Shown: positions 1 through 10,631, counted from the first letter of the stretch. The stretch is DNA of 64,000 nt from Vicinamibacterales bacterium (GCA_039925145.1 JBDSZL010000038.1:53181-117180); one strand, 5' to 3'. The notes: generated by a model not told the origin, from the sequence alone. A program made the numbers and translations.

Positions 1-386
1 AGGAATTCTGCCGTGTCCTGAAGCCAGGAGGACGGCTTGCCGTGCTCGAGTTCGGGTCGCCGCGAATTCCAGGATTGCGAGCGGCCTATCTCTGGTACTT
101 CCGCCGTGTCCTGCCGCTGGTCGGGCGCCTCATCTCGAAGCACCGCGATGCCTACACCTACCTGCCGGCCTCCGTCATCGAGTTCCCCTCCGGCGCCGCG
201 TTCGAAGCCATGCTTCGGCAGGCGGGCTTTGGGCAGGTGCGGTTCGAGACGCTCTCGCTGGGGATCGTGTATTTGTACCTGGCCACCAAGCCCCTCGACG
301 CACAGGGAGGAGCAGTGGCTGCGTCAACGCAGCGCGTCTCGGTGCCCGATTCGAGACGGGGCAGCGCGACGGCTTCTCCGCCATGA
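1..386 (+). CDS. ubiE: 3' part of a UbiE/MenG-family SAM-dependent methyltransferase (demethylmenaquinone/ubiquinone methyltransferase); the 5' end lies outside the window
   Basis: Frame 3 is open from nt 3 (EFCRVLKPGGRLAVLEFGSP...) and runs into listed ORF 42..386. The KPGGRLxxLEF block and the following YLPASV..FPS region are typical of UbiE/MenG. Confidence 0.8.
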   Translation, partial: EFCRVLKPGGRLAVLEFGSPRIPGLRAAYLWYFRRVLPLVGRLISKHRDAYTYLPASVIEFPSGAAFEAMLRQAGFGQVRFETLSLGIVYLYLATKPLDAQGGAVAASTQRVSVPDSRRGSATASPP

Positions 387-467
387 CGCCATCCAGCCGT
401 GGTTCTGCGACGTCTGAATGACTGCCGTCCTTCCGCAGCCTCGGTGGTCCGGGTGCAGCCCGGGCCG

Positions 468-473
468 TATACT
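468..473 (+). promoter_or_regulatory. Candidate -10 box TATACT, 14 nt upstream of the tonB-like ATG
   Basis: TATACT lies in the 100-nt intergenic spacer. The same hexamer recurs upstream of rpsT, hrcA, the Ser/Thr kinase and the NIPSNAP gene. Confidence 0.35.
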
Positions 474-487
474 GCCAAGACGTTCCG

Positions 488-1387
488 ATGTATCTGGATT
501 TCGACGACCATCGTCCCGAGACGCCCCGTGTGGCCTCGGTGATCTCGGTACGCGAGGGCGTGCTGCTGTCGCTGGTGGTCCACATGGCGTTCGTCATCGC
601 CGTACTGGTGGCGCCGGAGAAGTTCTTTCGAGCGGACCCGGCTGAGCCCGTTCTCACGCCGCAGAGTCGCGAGCCGCTGCGATTTGTCGAGGTGCTGCCG
701 ATGAAGGAGCGGCTGGCCAAGCCGCTGCGTCTGGCCGACTCCTCGGACCTCGATCGGCGTGCCGCGACGCGTGAGCGGGCGCCAACCCCCGAAAACCCGA
801 AGCCGGTGTCGCGCGGCAACACACCGGAACCGGTCGTGGGTGGCCCCACCGCGCGTGCGGGGCAGCCCGAACCGCCTGGACCCCCGGCGCCACCATCCCC
901 CGCGCCAGCTCCAGAGGTCCCCTCGAAAGGGATGGCCGTGGAAGCGCCCGCCGCACCTGCGAAACCCGCCGGTGGCACGCTGGCGCAGTCGCTCCGCAAT
1001 CTGCAGCAATACCTGAAACACGAGAACTTCGACAACCCGCAAGGCGGCGACGCCGAGCAGTCCACCGACATCCAGTTCGATTCCATGGGCGTCGACTTCG
1101 GGCCGTGGTTGCGCCGCTTCAAGAACCAGGTCGAGCGCAACTGGAGTCCGCCAGACGTCTTCTCATACAAGGGCCGCACGATCATCCAGTTCTATGTGCT
1201 GCGTAACGGTTTCATCACGGGCCTGAAGGTCGTACAGCCTTCGGCATTTCCCGCGCTGACCAATTCCGCCCTCAACGCCCTGAAGCTGTCGAATCCCACG
1301 GCGGCGTTACCGCCGGATTATCCTGCTGACCGCGCGTTCTTCACCGTCACGTTTCATTACAACGAGTACGACGGAAACACACCGTGA
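488..1387 (+). CDS. TonB-family energy transducer
   Basis: N-terminal TM helix ([18 protein letters not shown]), a long Pro-rich spacer ([19 protein letters not shown]) and a C-terminal TonB_C-like block ([31 protein letters not shown]). Confidence 0.8.
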   Translation: MYLDFDDHRPETPRVASVISVREGVLLSLVVHMAFVIAVLVAPEKFFRADPAEPVLTPQSREPLRFVEVLPMKERLAKPLRLADSSDLDRRAATRERAPTPENPKPVSRGNTPEPVVGGPTARAGQPEPPGPPAPPSPAPAPEVPSKGMAVEAPAAPAKPAGGTLAQSLRNLQQYLKHENFDNPQGGDAEQSTDIQFDSMGVDFGPWLRRFKNQVERNWSPPDVFSYKGRTIIQFYVLRNGFITGLKVVQPSAFPALTNSALNALKLSNPTAALPPDYPADRAFFTVTFHYNEYDGNTP

Positions 1388-2370
1388 GCCTGCTCATTGC
1401 CATCGTGGGGCCTACGGCCGTGGGCAAGAGTGCGCTCGCCATTGCGCTGGCCGAACAGTTCAACGGCGAGGTGATCTCGTGCGACTCCACGGCCGTGTAC
1501 CGGGGCATCAACATCGGCACCGACAAAGTGCCCGTCGCCGAACAGCGGGGTGTTCCACATCACCTCACGGATGTCGTGGGCCCAACCGAGGTGTACTCGG
1601 CCGCGCGGTTTGCGGCTGACGCGGCCCGTGTGGCCCGCGAGATCGGCGTCCGCGGCCGGCTGCCCATCGTGGCAGGCGGCACCGGGCTCTACTATCGCTC
1701 TCTGGTCCGCGGCCTGTTTCCGGGACCGGCGCGCGACGAGCCGCTCCGGGCGCGCCTGGACCGGGTTGCGAACACGCGAGGGGTCGAGTTCCTGCACCGG
1801 TGGCTGGCCCGCGTCGATCCCGCGTCTGGGGCGCGGATTCAGCCGCGTGATCGTAAGCGGCTGATTCGGGCGCTCGAGGTGTACCTGCTGACCGGCCAGC
1901 CGCTCACCGCGCATTTCTCGGCCACCGTCTCTCCCGTCGCCGACTTCCGCGTGCTCACACTCGGTCTGCGGCTGCCAAGCGAGGCACTGCAGGCGCGCGT
2001 CGAACGAAGGGTCGCCGCGCAGTTCGCATCGGGCGTCGTGGCCGAAGTGCGGGCCTTGCTCACCGCCGGATTGCCGGCGCACGCCCACACGCTGAGCGGG
2101 CTCGTGTACCGGCAGGTCCGCGAGCTGCTCGATGGTGCCAGGACCGAAGCGGCGACGCGCGATCTCATCGTTCGAGAGAACCTGCAGTACGCCCGTCGAC
2201 AGCTGGTGTGGTTTCGGGCCGAGCCCGATGTGCACTGGATCGACGCGGCGGGAGAGTCGCCGACCGCGCGACACGAGGCCGCGGCGCTCGTGCAGGCGTC
2301 ACTCGACGCCCGTCGCGAGTCGGTCCATGTCAGCCCAGTGGGCGCACCATCCGTCGTCACCGGTTCGTGA
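1384..2370 (+). CDS. miaA: tRNA dimethylallyltransferase
   Basis: N-terminal P-loop ([17 protein letters not shown]), then [21 protein letters not shown] start overlaps the upstream stop (GTGA). Confidence 0.93.
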   Translation: MSLLIAIVGPTAVGKSALAIALAEQFNGEVISCDSTAVYRGINIGTDKVPVAEQRGVPHHLTDVVGPTEVYSAARFAADAARVAREIGVRGRLPIVAGGTGLYYRSLVRGLFPGPARDEPLRARLDRVANTRGVEFLHRWLARVDPASGARIQPRDRKRLIRALEVYLLTGQPLTAHFSATVSPVADFRVLTLGLRLPSEALQARVERRVAAQFASGVVAEVRALLTAGLPAHAHTLSGLVYRQVRELLDGARTEAATRDLIVRENLQYARRQLVWFRAEPDVHWIDAAGESPTARHEAAALVQASLDARRESVHVSPVGAPSVVTGS

Positions 2371-2386
2371 TCTGCGGTCACACGGT

Positions 2387-3613
2387 ATGGCCGTCTCGCG
2401 CCTGATCTGGATTGTCGTGGACTCGCTGGGCGTCGGGGAACTGCCCGATGCGGCGGCCTACGGCGATGCCGGAAGCCACACCGTGGCGCACATCGGGGAA
2501 GCAGTTCCGCTACAGGTGCCGACGCTGCGGGCGCTTGGGCTCGATCGCCTGGTTCCGTCCCTCTCGGTGGCAGACCGGCACGACCAGAGGCGTCAGGCAT
2601 CGCCGAGCCAACTGGCTCCGCTCGGAGCCTATGGGCGGATGGCTGAAGCGTCGGCGGGGAAAGACTCGGTGACCGGACATTGGGAGATGACCGGGATCAT
2701 CCTCGACCGGCCCTTTCCGACGTTTTCTCATGGATTTCCTCGCGACCTCATGCAGGAGTTCGAGCGCCGGATCGCGCGCCGGACGCTCGGCAATGTCGTC
2801 GCGTCCGGCACGGTCATTCTCGACCGGCTCGGCGCCGCGCACCTGCAGACAGGCTCGCCCATCGTCTACACGTCTGCCGATAGCGTGTTTCAAATCGCGG
2901 CGCACGAAGACGTCGTTCCCGTCGACGCGCTGTACGGGATGTGCGAGGTGGCGTTCGACCTGGCCGCGCGCGGTCTGGGGGTCGCACGTGTCATCGCGCG
3001 CCCATTCGTGGGTATCCCCGGGGCATTCGTCCGCACCGCCAACCGGAAGGATTTCACGCTCGAACCCACAGGACTCACCGTGCTCGATTATCTGCAGCAG
3101 GCTGGCCACGCGGTGGTGGGCATCGGAAAAATCCATGATCTCTTCTCCGGGCGGGGTCTGACCCGGTCTGTCCACACGACATCGGATACTCACGGCATGG
3201 ATGCGCTGGACGACGAGCTGAGGCGCACACCGTCCGGGGTGCTGTTCTGTAATCTCGTCGATTTCGACGCGCTCTACGGGCACCGCAACGACATCGCGGG
3301 ATACGCTGCGAACCTCGAGCGATTCGATGTGCGCCTGGGGCAGTTGCTGGCCGTGCTGGGGCCGTCCGACCTTCTCGTCGTGACGGCCGACCATGGCAAC
3401 GACCCCTCGACCGTTTCGACCGACCACTCGCGGGAATATGTGCCGGTGTTCGTGGCGGGGCGGGCGGTGTCGGCCGGTGTCGATCTCGGCACGCGCGACA
3501 GCTTCGCCGATCTGGGCCAAACCGTCGCTGAGCTGTTCGCCTTACCGCGCCTCGCGCACGGCCGCAGCTTTCTGCGTGAAATTCTGAAGCCCGGAGACCC
3601 GCTGCTACACTGA
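2387..3613 (+). CDS. deoB: Phosphopentomutase
   Basis: RLIWIVVDSLGVGELPDAAAYGDAGSHTVAHI and the C-terminal TADHGNDP motif. ATG at 2387 was chosen over the long 5' extension of ORF 2132..3613, which overlaps miaA. Confidence 0.9.
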   Translation: MAVSRLIWIVVDSLGVGELPDAAAYGDAGSHTVAHIGEAVPLQVPTLRALGLDRLVPSLSVADRHDQRRQASPSQLAPLGAYGRMAEASAGKDSVTGHWEMTGIILDRPFPTFSHGFPRDLMQEFERRIARRTLGNVVASGTVILDRLGAAHLQTGSPIVYTSADSVFQIAAHEDVVPVDALYGMCEVAFDLAARGLGVARVIARPFVGIPGAFVRTANRKDFTLEPTGLTVLDYLQQAGHAVVGIGKIHDLFSGRGLTRSVHTTSDTHGMDALDDELRRTPSGVLFCNLVDFDALYGHRNDIAGYAANLERFDVRLGQLLAVLGPSDLLVVTADHGNDPSTVSTDHSREYVPVFVAGRAVSAGVDLGTRDSFADLGQTVAELFALPRLAHGRSFLREILKPGDPLLH

Positions 3614-3626
3614 GCCGTTGCCCGCT

Positions 3627-4664
3627 ATGTCCACTATCCGACAGCAACTCGAGTCGCGCGAAATTCAGTTTCTTGCGCCGCAGGCCGCCAAGAGCGCCGC
3701 CAGTCGTGGCCGCCTGCACGAGGAGCCGGAGGATCCGATTCGCCCCGTCTTTCAGCGCGATCGCGATCGCGTCATTCACTGCAAGGCGTTTCGCCGGCTG
3801 AAGCACAAGACACAGGTTTTCTTTTCGCCGACCGGCGATCACTATCGGACGCGGCTCACGCACACGCTCGAGGTCTCGCAAATCGCGCGGAGCATCGCCA
3901 AGGTGCTGCAACTGCACGAAGAGCTCACCGAGGCCATTGCGCTTGGACACGATCTGGGACATCCGCCGTTTGGACACGCCGGCGAGCGGGTCATCGATCG
4001 TCTGGTGCCCGGTGGGTTCAGCCACTACGAGCAGAGCCTGCGCATCGTGGATGTGCTCGAGAACGGGCGGCAGGGGCTCAATCTGACATGGGAAGTGCGC
4101 GACGGCATTGCACGCCATTCGAAGGGCAAGCACGGGCTTCCGGTGGGGGCCGCACAGCAGGACCGGGCGACGACAATCGAGGGGCAGATCGCCAGGGTCG
4201 CGGACATCATCGCGTATGTCAATCACGACATCGATGACGCGGTGCGAGCCGGCGTGCTCGAGGAGGCGGCCTTGCCGGCCAGTGCCACCACGGTGCTTGG
4301 CACCACCTCGTCGCAGCGGATCAACAGCATGGTCACCGATGTCGTACATCGAACGTTGCAGGGCGGCCTTGCCGAAGTGCGGATGAGCGACGAAATTCTC
4401 GCCGCCACGCTCGAGCTTCGGAGCTTCCTGTTCGACGCCGTCTACGAGAATCCCCGGGCCACGGCCGAGTTCGAGAAAGCGTCGGGCATCCTGGGAGGCA
4501 TCTGGGAGCGGCTCCGGACGCGTCCAGAGCTGTATCTGGACGAGGCGACCATCGAAACCGAGGGGCTCGACGCGGCGGCGCGTGATTTTCTGGCCGGAAT
4601 GACCGACCGGTACGCGGTCGCGCTCTTTCAGGAACTCTTCGTCCCGCGTTCCTGGAGCGTCTGA
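3627..4664 (+). CDS. dgt: dGTPase-like HD-domain deoxynucleoside triphosphate triphosphohydrolase
   Basis: FQRDRDRVIHCKAFRRLKHKTQVF, RTRLTHTLEVSQIAR and HDLGHPPFGH motifs. Start is ATG 3627; TTG 3618 is an alternative. Confidence 0.88.
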   Translation: MSTIRQQLESREIQFLAPQAAKSAASRGRLHEEPEDPIRPVFQRDRDRVIHCKAFRRLKHKTQVFFSPTGDHYRTRLTHTLEVSQIARSIAKVLQLHEELTEAIALGHDLGHPPFGHAGERVIDRLVPGGFSHYEQSLRIVDVLENGRQGLNLTWEVRDGIARHSKGKHGLPVGAAQQDRATTIEGQIARVADIIAYVNHDIDDAVRAGVLEEAALPASATTVLGTTSSQRINSMVTDVVHRTLQGGLAEVRMSDEILAATLELRSFLFDAVYENPRATAEFEKASGILGGIWERLRTRPELYLDEATIETEGLDAAARDFLAGMTDRYAVALFQELFVPRSWSV

Positions 4665-4721
4665 CCAGCTCACGCCCCGGTGGCCGGGACGTCCTTGCGG
4701 CCCCATTTCGCCCTAAACCAA

Positions 4722-4730
4722 TGGTAGAAT
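4722..4730 (+). promoter_or_regulatory. Candidate extended -10 promoter TGGTAGAAT for the yceD-rpmF-plsX cluster
   Basis: TGnTAnAAT-type box in the 99-nt spacer, about 33 nt upstream of the yceD ATG. Confidence 0.4.
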
Positions 4731-4763
4731 CAATGTTTTGCCCGGGCCGGCCTGGGCTGCTCT

Positions 4764-5297
4764 ATGAGTATGATTCTGGATCTCAGCCGCCTGCGGGGAG
4801 GCGTCGAAACGGTCGACCGCCGGTTCGAGGCGTCGGCCATCAACGTGGCGGCGGAAGACTTTCGAGTGGTGTCCCCGGTCGAGCTGAAGGCTGAAGCGAC
4901 CAAGGATGGCCAGAAGATCCGGCTGGTCGGTCGCCTGACGGCTGCGCTCGAGATGGACTGCAGCCGGTGTCTCGAGCCGTTCGCCGTGCCGGTCGACAAC
5001 GCGTTCGACCTGCTGTTTCTGCCAGCGACTGCCGTGGTGGCTCGCGATGGCGAGGCCCAACTGGCCGACGACGACGTGGGCGTCTCGTTCTTTCACGACG
5101 ATCAGATTGACCTCGCCGATGTCGTTCGCGAGCAGTTCTACCTGGCCGTGCCCATGAAGCCGCTCTGCCGGGAGGACTGCCTGGGGCTCTGTCCAGTGTG
5201 TGGCAGTAATCGGAATCGCGAGCCCTGCTCCTGTCAGAGTGTGTGGGTCGACCCTAGGCTCGAGCCGCTCCGGAAGGTCCGGATCCCCGAGTCATAA
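4764..5297 (+). CDS. yceD: YceD/DUF177 family protein (large-subunit rRNA accumulation protein)
   Basis: C-terminal PLCREDCLGLCPVCGSNRN cysteine motif, plus the conserved position directly upstream of rpmF-plsX. Confidence 0.85.
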   Translation: MSMILDLSRLRGGVETVDRRFEASAINVAAEDFRVVSPVELKAEATKDGQKIRLVGRLTAALEMDCSRCLEPFAVPVDNAFDLLFLPATAVVARDGEAQLADDDVGVSFFHDDQIDLADVVREQFYLAVPMKPLCREDCLGLCPVCGSNRNREPCSCQSVWVDPRLEPLRKVRIPES

Positions 5298-5367
5298 GGG
5301 GCGCTAGCCTTCAATTTGTTCATTCACGCGAGTTCACGCGAAGACCGTAGCCAGCAGAGAACCTCAG

Positions 5368-5550
5368 ATGCCGAATCCCAAACGACGCCACTCCAAGACC
5401 CGCACGGCCAAACGCCGGACGCACGACACTCTCAAGCCGATTGGCACGAGTGAGTGCCCCCAGTGTCACGAGCACAAACTGCCGCACATCGTGTGCAAGA
5501 ACTGCGGGTTCTACCGTGGGCGCCAGGTGAGAGCGGTCCAGGAAGACTAA
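5368..5550 (+). CDS. rpmF: 50S ribosomal protein L32
   Basis: [19 protein letters not shown]... with CPQC..CKNCG zinc-ribbon cysteines. Confidence 0.95.
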   Translation: MPNPKRRHSKTRTAKRRTHDTLKPIGTSECPQCHEHKLPHIVCKNCGFYRGRQVRAVQED

Positions 5551-5553
5551 CCG

Positions 5554-6543
5554 GTGAACATCGCCGTCGATGCCATGGGCGGTGATCGTGCGCCTGGCGC
5601 GGTCGTCGACGGCGCCCTGCGGGCTTCGCGGGCCCTCGGCATCGAGGTGACCCTCGTGGGTCCGGCCGGCCGGCTCCATCAGGAGCTGGAGCGCCATAGC
5701 GGGAGTACCGCGGGCCTCCGGGTGGTCGATGCGCCGGACGTCATCGGTTTCGACGAATCGCCGCTCTCTGCCCTGCGCCGCAAGCCCAGGTCATCCATTC
5801 GCATCGCCGCCGAGCTAGTTGGCGCGGGAAAGGCCGCAGCGCTGTTCAGCGCCGGCCACTCCGGAGCGGTAGTCCTGGCCTCCCACGGCGTCTTCGGGCT
5901 GCTCGCCGGTATCGACCGGCCTGCGCTGGCGGTCACCGTGCCGACCCACACCGGCGCCGCGATCCTGCTCGACGTCGGTGCCACGGTCGACTGCCGTGCC
6001 GAACATCTCGTGCAATTCGCGCATCTCGGCTCCGCGTATGCGGCCGTCTCGCTGGACGTCACGCGGCCTCGGGTGGCCTTGCTGTCAATCGGGGAAGAAG
6101 CGGGCAAGGGCAACGATCTCATCCGTGAGGCGCATCGACGCCTCCTCGAGACGCCGCTCCATTTCATCGGCAATGTGGAGGCGCGCGACCTGTTCACCGG
6201 GCGCGCGGACGTCATTGTCTGCGACGGCTTCACCGGGAACGTCGCGCTGAAGGTGGGCGAGGGCCTGGTCGAAGCGGTGGAGCAGATGCTGCGCGAAGAA
6301 ATGGGAGCCGCGCTCGTCTCACAGATTGGCGGCCTGCTGACGCGACGTGCTGTGGCCCGGTTCCGGCAGCGGGTCGACTACGCCGAATATGGGGCGGCTC
6401 CGCTGCTCGGCGTCGCCGGGCTCGCGCTCGTGGGACATGGCCGTTCGTCGCCACGGGCCGTCGAATCTGGCATCGCCATGGCTGCGCGCCTGGCTGACGC
6501 GCGCCTCGTGGAGCGTCTCGGGCACACGCTCGCGGGCGCATGA
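5554..6543 (+). CDS. plsX: Phosphate acyltransferase PlsX
   Basis: MNIAVDAMGGDRAP start and the CDGFTGNVALK motif. Confidence 0.93.
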   Translation: MNIAVDAMGGDRAPGAVVDGALRASRALGIEVTLVGPAGRLHQELERHSGSTAGLRVVDAPDVIGFDESPLSALRRKPRSSIRIAAELVGAGKAAALFSAGHSGAVVLASHGVFGLLAGIDRPALAVTVPTHTGAAILLDVGATVDCRAEHLVQFAHLGSAYAAVSLDVTRPRVALLSIGEEAGKGNDLIREAHRRLLETPLHFIGNVEARDLFTGRADVIVCDGFTGNVALKVGEGLVEAVEQMLREEMGAALVSQIGGLLTRRAVARFRQRVDYAEYGAAPLLGVAGLALVGHGRSSPRAVESGIAMAARLADARLVERLGHTLAGA

Positions 6544-6598
6544 GCTGCGCCCTCAGTTGCGCCTCCGAGCCACCGTGTGCTGAAGTAGGCAGGCTGTG

Positions 6599-7339
6599 AT
6601 GTCCTCGATGACGGGTCGCGTGGCCCTCGTAACAGGCGCGTCCCGTGGGATTGGCCGCGCCGTGGCCCTCGGCCTTGCGGCCCGGGGGGCCAACGTTGTC
6701 GCGGCGGCACGCGGCGATAACGCCCGTGCGGTCGTCGAGGAAATCCGGGCGTCGGGCGGCGAGGCCACCGCTGTGGCAATGGACGTGACCGACGATGCCG
6801 CTATTGGCCGGGTGGTGGCCGAAGTGCTGGCACGCACGGGACGAATCGATGTCCTCGTCAACAATGCCGGCATCACGCGCGACCAACTGATGCTCCGGAT
6901 GAAGCGCGAGGACTGGGACGCCGTGCTCGCGACAAACTTGACGGCCGCGTTCAGCTGCGTCCAGGCCGTGCTCAAGCCGATGGTGAAGCAGCGCTCGGGC
7001 CGCATCGTGAACATCACGTCGGTGGTGGGCCAGGCGGGAAACGCCGGTCAAGTGAATTACGCCGCGTCCAAGGCGGGCCTCATCGGCTTCACGAAAGCGC
7101 TCGCGCTCGAAGTCGCGTCACGCAGCATCACCGTGAATGCCGTGGCGCCTGGACTGGTCGACACGGACATGACGCGGGCCATCTCGAGCGAGGCCCATGA
7201 AAAGTGGGCCGAGACGATTCCGCTGAAGCGGCTGGGCACGCCCGACGACGTGGCAAACGCGGTGATGTTCCTGGCATCGGACGAAGCGTCGTATATTACG
7301 GGGCACGTACTCGCCGTCAACGGCGGCATGTATATGTAG
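6599..7339 (+). CDS. fabG: 3-oxoacyl-[ACP] reductase
   Basis: VALVTGASRGIG Rossmann motif, NNAGI and YAASKAG catalytic motif. ATG 6599 is preferred over GTG 6596 because of spacing to the upstream AGG. Confidence 0.9.
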   Translation: MSSMTGRVALVTGASRGIGRAVALGLAARGANVVAAARGDNARAVVEEIRASGGEATAVAMDVTDDAAIGRVVAEVLARTGRIDVLVNNAGITRDQLMLRMKREDWDAVLATNLTAAFSCVQAVLKPMVKQRSGRIVNITSVVGQAGNAGQVNYAASKAGLIGFTKALALEVASRSITVNAVAPGLVDTDMTRAISSEAHEKWAETIPLKRLGTPDDVANAVMFLASDEASYITGHVLAVNGGMYM

Positions 7340-7405
7340 GACGGCAGGCAGGAATGCCGTACGATCAACTCGCGCGTGGCTCGTGCTGCGCACTAGGAGG
7401 ACTGA

Positions 7406-7645
7406 ATGGCGGTTGCGGATCAGGTCAAGAAGATTATCGTCGAGCAGCTCGGCGTCGATGAGGAAGAAGTCACGCCGGACGCGTCGTTCGTAGACGACTT
7501 GGGTGCCGACTCTCTGGACACGGTCGAGCTCGTCATGGCCTTCGAGGAGGAGTTCGGCATCGAAATCCCCGACGAGGACGCCGAGAAGATTACGCGCGTG
7601 AAGGAAGCCATCGAGTACATCGAGGGCCACGCCAAGAAGAAGTAG
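7406..7645 (+). CDS. acpP: Acyl carrier protein
   Basis: [19 protein letters not shown] phosphopantetheine-site motif. Strong SD (AGGAGG) upstream. Confidence 0.97.
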   Translation: MAVADQVKKIIVEQLGVDEEEVTPDASFVDDLGADSLDTVELVMAFEEEFGIEIPDEDAEKITRVKEAIEYIEGHAKKK

Positions 7646-7657
7646 TTCGGAGGCGCA

Positions 7658-8899
7658 TTGTCGAGGCGAGTAGTCGTCACCGGTGTCGGCCTGATTTCGT
7701 CGGTCGGCATTGGGACGGAGGCGAATTGGGAGGCGCTCTGCGCCGGCCGGACGGGGATTGGACCCATCACGCACTTCGATGCGTCGCTGTTCTCAGCGCG
7801 CATTGCGGGCGAGGTCAAAGGGTTCGATCCGCTGCAGTTCATGGATCGGAAAGACGTCAAGAAGATGGACGTCTTCATCCAGTACGCCGTGGCGGCGTCC
7901 GAGTTCGCGGTCAAGGACGCCCGTCTGGAGATTACGCCTGACATTGCCGACGACACCGGCGTGTTCATCGGCTCTGGGATTGGCGGGTTCAGCACGATCG
8001 AGAGCGAGCACGAAGCCCTGCTCAACGGAGGGCCGCGCCGGATTTCACCGTTCTTCATTCCGGCCTCCATCATTAACCTCGCCGCCGGCCAGGTGTCGAT
8101 TCGGCACGGCGCCAAGGGACCGAACCTGGCGACCTGTACGGCGTGCACCGCCTCGGCCCACGCCATCGGCGAGTCCTACGAGATCATCCGGCGGGGCGAT
8201 GCGAACATCATGATCGCGGGAGGCTCGGAAGCCTCGATCACGCCGATGGGGGTCGGCGGCTTCGCCTCACTGCGCGCGCTGTCCACCCGCAATGACCAGC
8301 CCGAGCGCGCCAGCCGCCCCTTCGATAAGGACCGCGATGGCTTCGTGGTCGGCGAAGGCGCCGGCATTCTGATTCTCGAGGAGCTCGAGGGCGCTGTTCG
8401 GCGCGGCGCGAGCATCTATGCCGAGATTGCCGGCTACGGCCTGTCGGGCGACGCCTTTCACCTGACAGCGCAGCCCGAGGACGCCAACGGCGCCGTGCGG
8501 TCCATGCGGATGGCGTTGCGCAAGGCCGGTGTACACCCGAATCAGATCGACTACATCAACGCGCACGGCACCTCGACGCCCATCAACGATCCGACCGAGA
8601 CCCTGGCAGTCAAGACGACCTTTGGCGAGCATGCGTACAAGCTCGTGCTCTCCTCGACCAAGTCGATGACCGGGCATCTGCTTGGCGCAGCTGGGGGCCT
8701 CGAGGCCGGAATCACGGCCCTCGCCGTGCGTGACCAGATCGCCCCGCCGACAGTCAACCTCGACAATCCCGATCCGGCTTGTGACCTCGACTACACGCCG
8801 CACGTGAAACGTCCGATGAAGATCGACTACGCCCTGTCGAACTCATTCGGGTTTGGCGGCACCAACGGCACGCTCCTGCTGAAGCGCTACCAGCAGTAG
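7658..8899 (+). CDS. fabF: Beta-ketoacyl-[ACP] synthase II
   Basis: VVVTGVGLISSVG, active-site region TACTASAHAIG, INAHGTSTP and GFGGTNG. TTG start with a GGAGG SD 5 nt upstream. Confidence 0.93.
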   Translation: MSRRVVVTGVGLISSVGIGTEANWEALCAGRTGIGPITHFDASLFSARIAGEVKGFDPLQFMDRKDVKKMDVFIQYAVAASEFAVKDARLEITPDIADDTGVFIGSGIGGFSTIESEHEALLNGGPRRISPFFIPASIINLAAGQVSIRHGAKGPNLATCTACTASAHAIGESYEIIRRGDANIMIAGGSEASITPMGVGGFASLRALSTRNDQPERASRPFDKDRDGFVVGEGAGILILEELEGAVRRGASIYAEIAGYGLSGDAFHLTAQPEDANGAVRSMRMALRKAGVHPNQIDYINAHGTSTPINDPTETLAVKTTFGEHAYKLVLSSTKSMTGHLLGAAGGLEAGITALAVRDQIAPPTVNLDNPDPACDLDYTPHVKRPMKIDYALSNSFGFGGTNGTLLLKRYQQ

Positions 8900-8907
8900 G
8901 GACGTCT

Positions 8908-9669
8908 GTGCGCGTCGCCGTCTGTCTGAAACAGGTCATCGCGCGGGAGTGGCACGCCCGCATCAACGCGGCTGGCACCTGGGTGCGCGATGAAGACGCC
9001 GCGTTCGAATTGAACGAGCCGGATGCCTACGCGCTCGAAGAAGCGCTTCGTCTCCGCGAGACGCATGGCGGAGAAGTCGTGGCGATCGCGGCGGGTCCCG
9101 CACGCGTGACGCAGGTGCTTCGCGAGGCCCTGGCGCGCGGCGCAGACCGGGCGATTCACGTGAAGGGAGATGGGCTCGCTGAGGCTGATGCCCGCACCAC
9201 CGCCGCGGCCCTGGCCGCAGCGCTGAGGGACGAGCGCGTCGACCTGGTGCTCACCGGGCTGCAATCCGACGATCAAGGATTTGGACAAGTCGGTGTGGTG
9301 CTGGCTGAAGAGCTCGGACTGGCCCATGCCTCAATCGTGGTCGCCATTGAATCGCACGGTGATGGCCTTCGCGTGAAGAGAGAGCTCGAAGCTGGCTGGT
9401 TCCAATGGGTGGCATTGCCGCTCCCAGCCCTGTTGACCGTCCAGAGCGGCATCAACCACCTGCGGTACGCCACGCTCAAAGGCATCATGGCGGCTCGAAA
9501 GAAGGACATGAGCGTCGTGGCCGCTCCGCCGCCGTCCGCGGATGCACTTCGCGTGGTGGCCATGCGCATTCCGGCCCGGAGCAAGGCCACCCACCTCGTG
9601 TCTGGCGCCCCAGCAGAAGCGGCCGCCGAGTTGGTGCGGCTTCTCCGAGACACAGGGGTCATCACATGA
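8908..9669 (+). CDS. etfB: Electron transfer flavoprotein subunit beta
   Basis: VRVAVCLKQV start, DLVLTGLQSDD. Precedes etfA with an ATGA overlap. Confidence 0.88.
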   Translation: MRVAVCLKQVIAREWHARINAAGTWVRDEDAAFELNEPDAYALEEALRLRETHGGEVVAIAAGPARVTQVLREALARGADRAIHVKGDGLAEADARTTAAALAAALRDERVDLVLTGLQSDDQGFGQVGVVLAEELGLAHASIVVAIESHGDGLRVKRELEAGWFQWVALPLPALLTVQSGINHLRYATLKGIMAARKKDMSVVAAPPPSADALRVVAMRIPARSKATHLVSGAPAEAAAELVRLLRDTGVIT

Positions 9670-10631
9670 GCGCCGTGATCGTGATCGCGGAGCAGCATGG
9701 CGGCGTTCTGCAGCGCGTGTCCTGGGAAGCCGTTGCCGCCGCCCAGCAGCTGCACGAGCCCATCACGATTGTGGTGCCGGGCGACAACAATCCGGCGGCA
9801 GCAGAGGAGCTGCGGTCGGCCGATGCGGCTGCCGTGGTGCGGCTCGAGCACGGCGCCCTGGGCGACTATACGGCCGACGGCTATGTGCAGGCACTGAGCG
9901 CGTTCGTCCGGGATGCCTCACCTTCTCATGTCTTCCTGCCGCACACGTACCGGACTCGCGACTTTGCACCGAAGTTGGCGGCGCGTCTGGATCGATCGCT
10001 CATCACCGATTGCGTAGGCATCGGTCGGCTCGATGCCGGACTGGTGTTCAGCCGGCCCATGTTCCAGGGCAAGGTGATCGCCGACGTGCTGGGCGCCGGG
10101 CCGGCGCCGCTGCTGGTAACCGTGCAGGCGGGCGCGTTCGCGGCGGAGACTGCCGCGCGCAGCCAGACCGCGCGCCCCGTCAGCTGCGTTGAGGCCCGGG
10201 TCGACGTGGGGCGGATCCGCCAGCGGCCCGAGGCCCCGTTCAGAGAAGCACGACAAACGGTCGATCTGTCACAGGCGCCGAGGATTGTCGCGGCGGGTCG
10301 TGGGCTGAAGAGTCACGAACATATCGCGCTGATCGAGCGTCTCGCGGCGGCGTTGGACGCCGAAGTGGCCGCGTCGCGCCCGGTGTGTGACGCAGGGTGG
10401 CTGCCTATCGATCGGCAGGTGGGGAGCTCCGGTCAGACGGTCGCGCCGAAGCTGTACGTAGCCGTCGGCATCTCTGGTGCGATTCAACATCTGGTCGGAA
10501 TGAGGGGTGCGCGGACGATCGTCGCCATCAACAAGGACGCCGACGCACCGATCTTCGAGATTGCCGACTACGGGATCGTCGGCGATCTGTTCGAGATCGT
10601 GCCCGCGCTGATCGCTGCATTGAACGCGTAA
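9666..10631 (+). CDS. etfA: Electron transfer flavoprotein subunit alpha
   Basis: MSAVIVIAEQHGG start and C-terminal FAD-binding block PKLYVAVGISGAIQHLVGM..IVAINKDADAPIF. The 5' extension of ORF 9405..10631 overlaps etfB and was rejected. Confidence 0.9.
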   Translation: MSAVIVIAEQHGGVLQRVSWEAVAAAQQLHEPITIVVPGDNNPAAAEELRSADAAAVVRLEHGALGDYTADGYVQALSAFVRDASPSHVFLPHTYRTRDFAPKLAARLDRSLITDCVGIGRLDAGLVFSRPMFQGKVIADVLGAGPAPLLVTVQAGAFAAETAARSQTARPVSCVEARVDVGRIRQRPEAPFREARQTVDLSQAPRIVAAGRGLKSHEHIALIERLAAALDAEVAASRPVCDAGWLPIDRQVGSSGQTVAPKLYVAVGISGAIQHLVGMRGARTIVAINKDADAPIFEIADYGIVGDLFEIVPALIAALNA

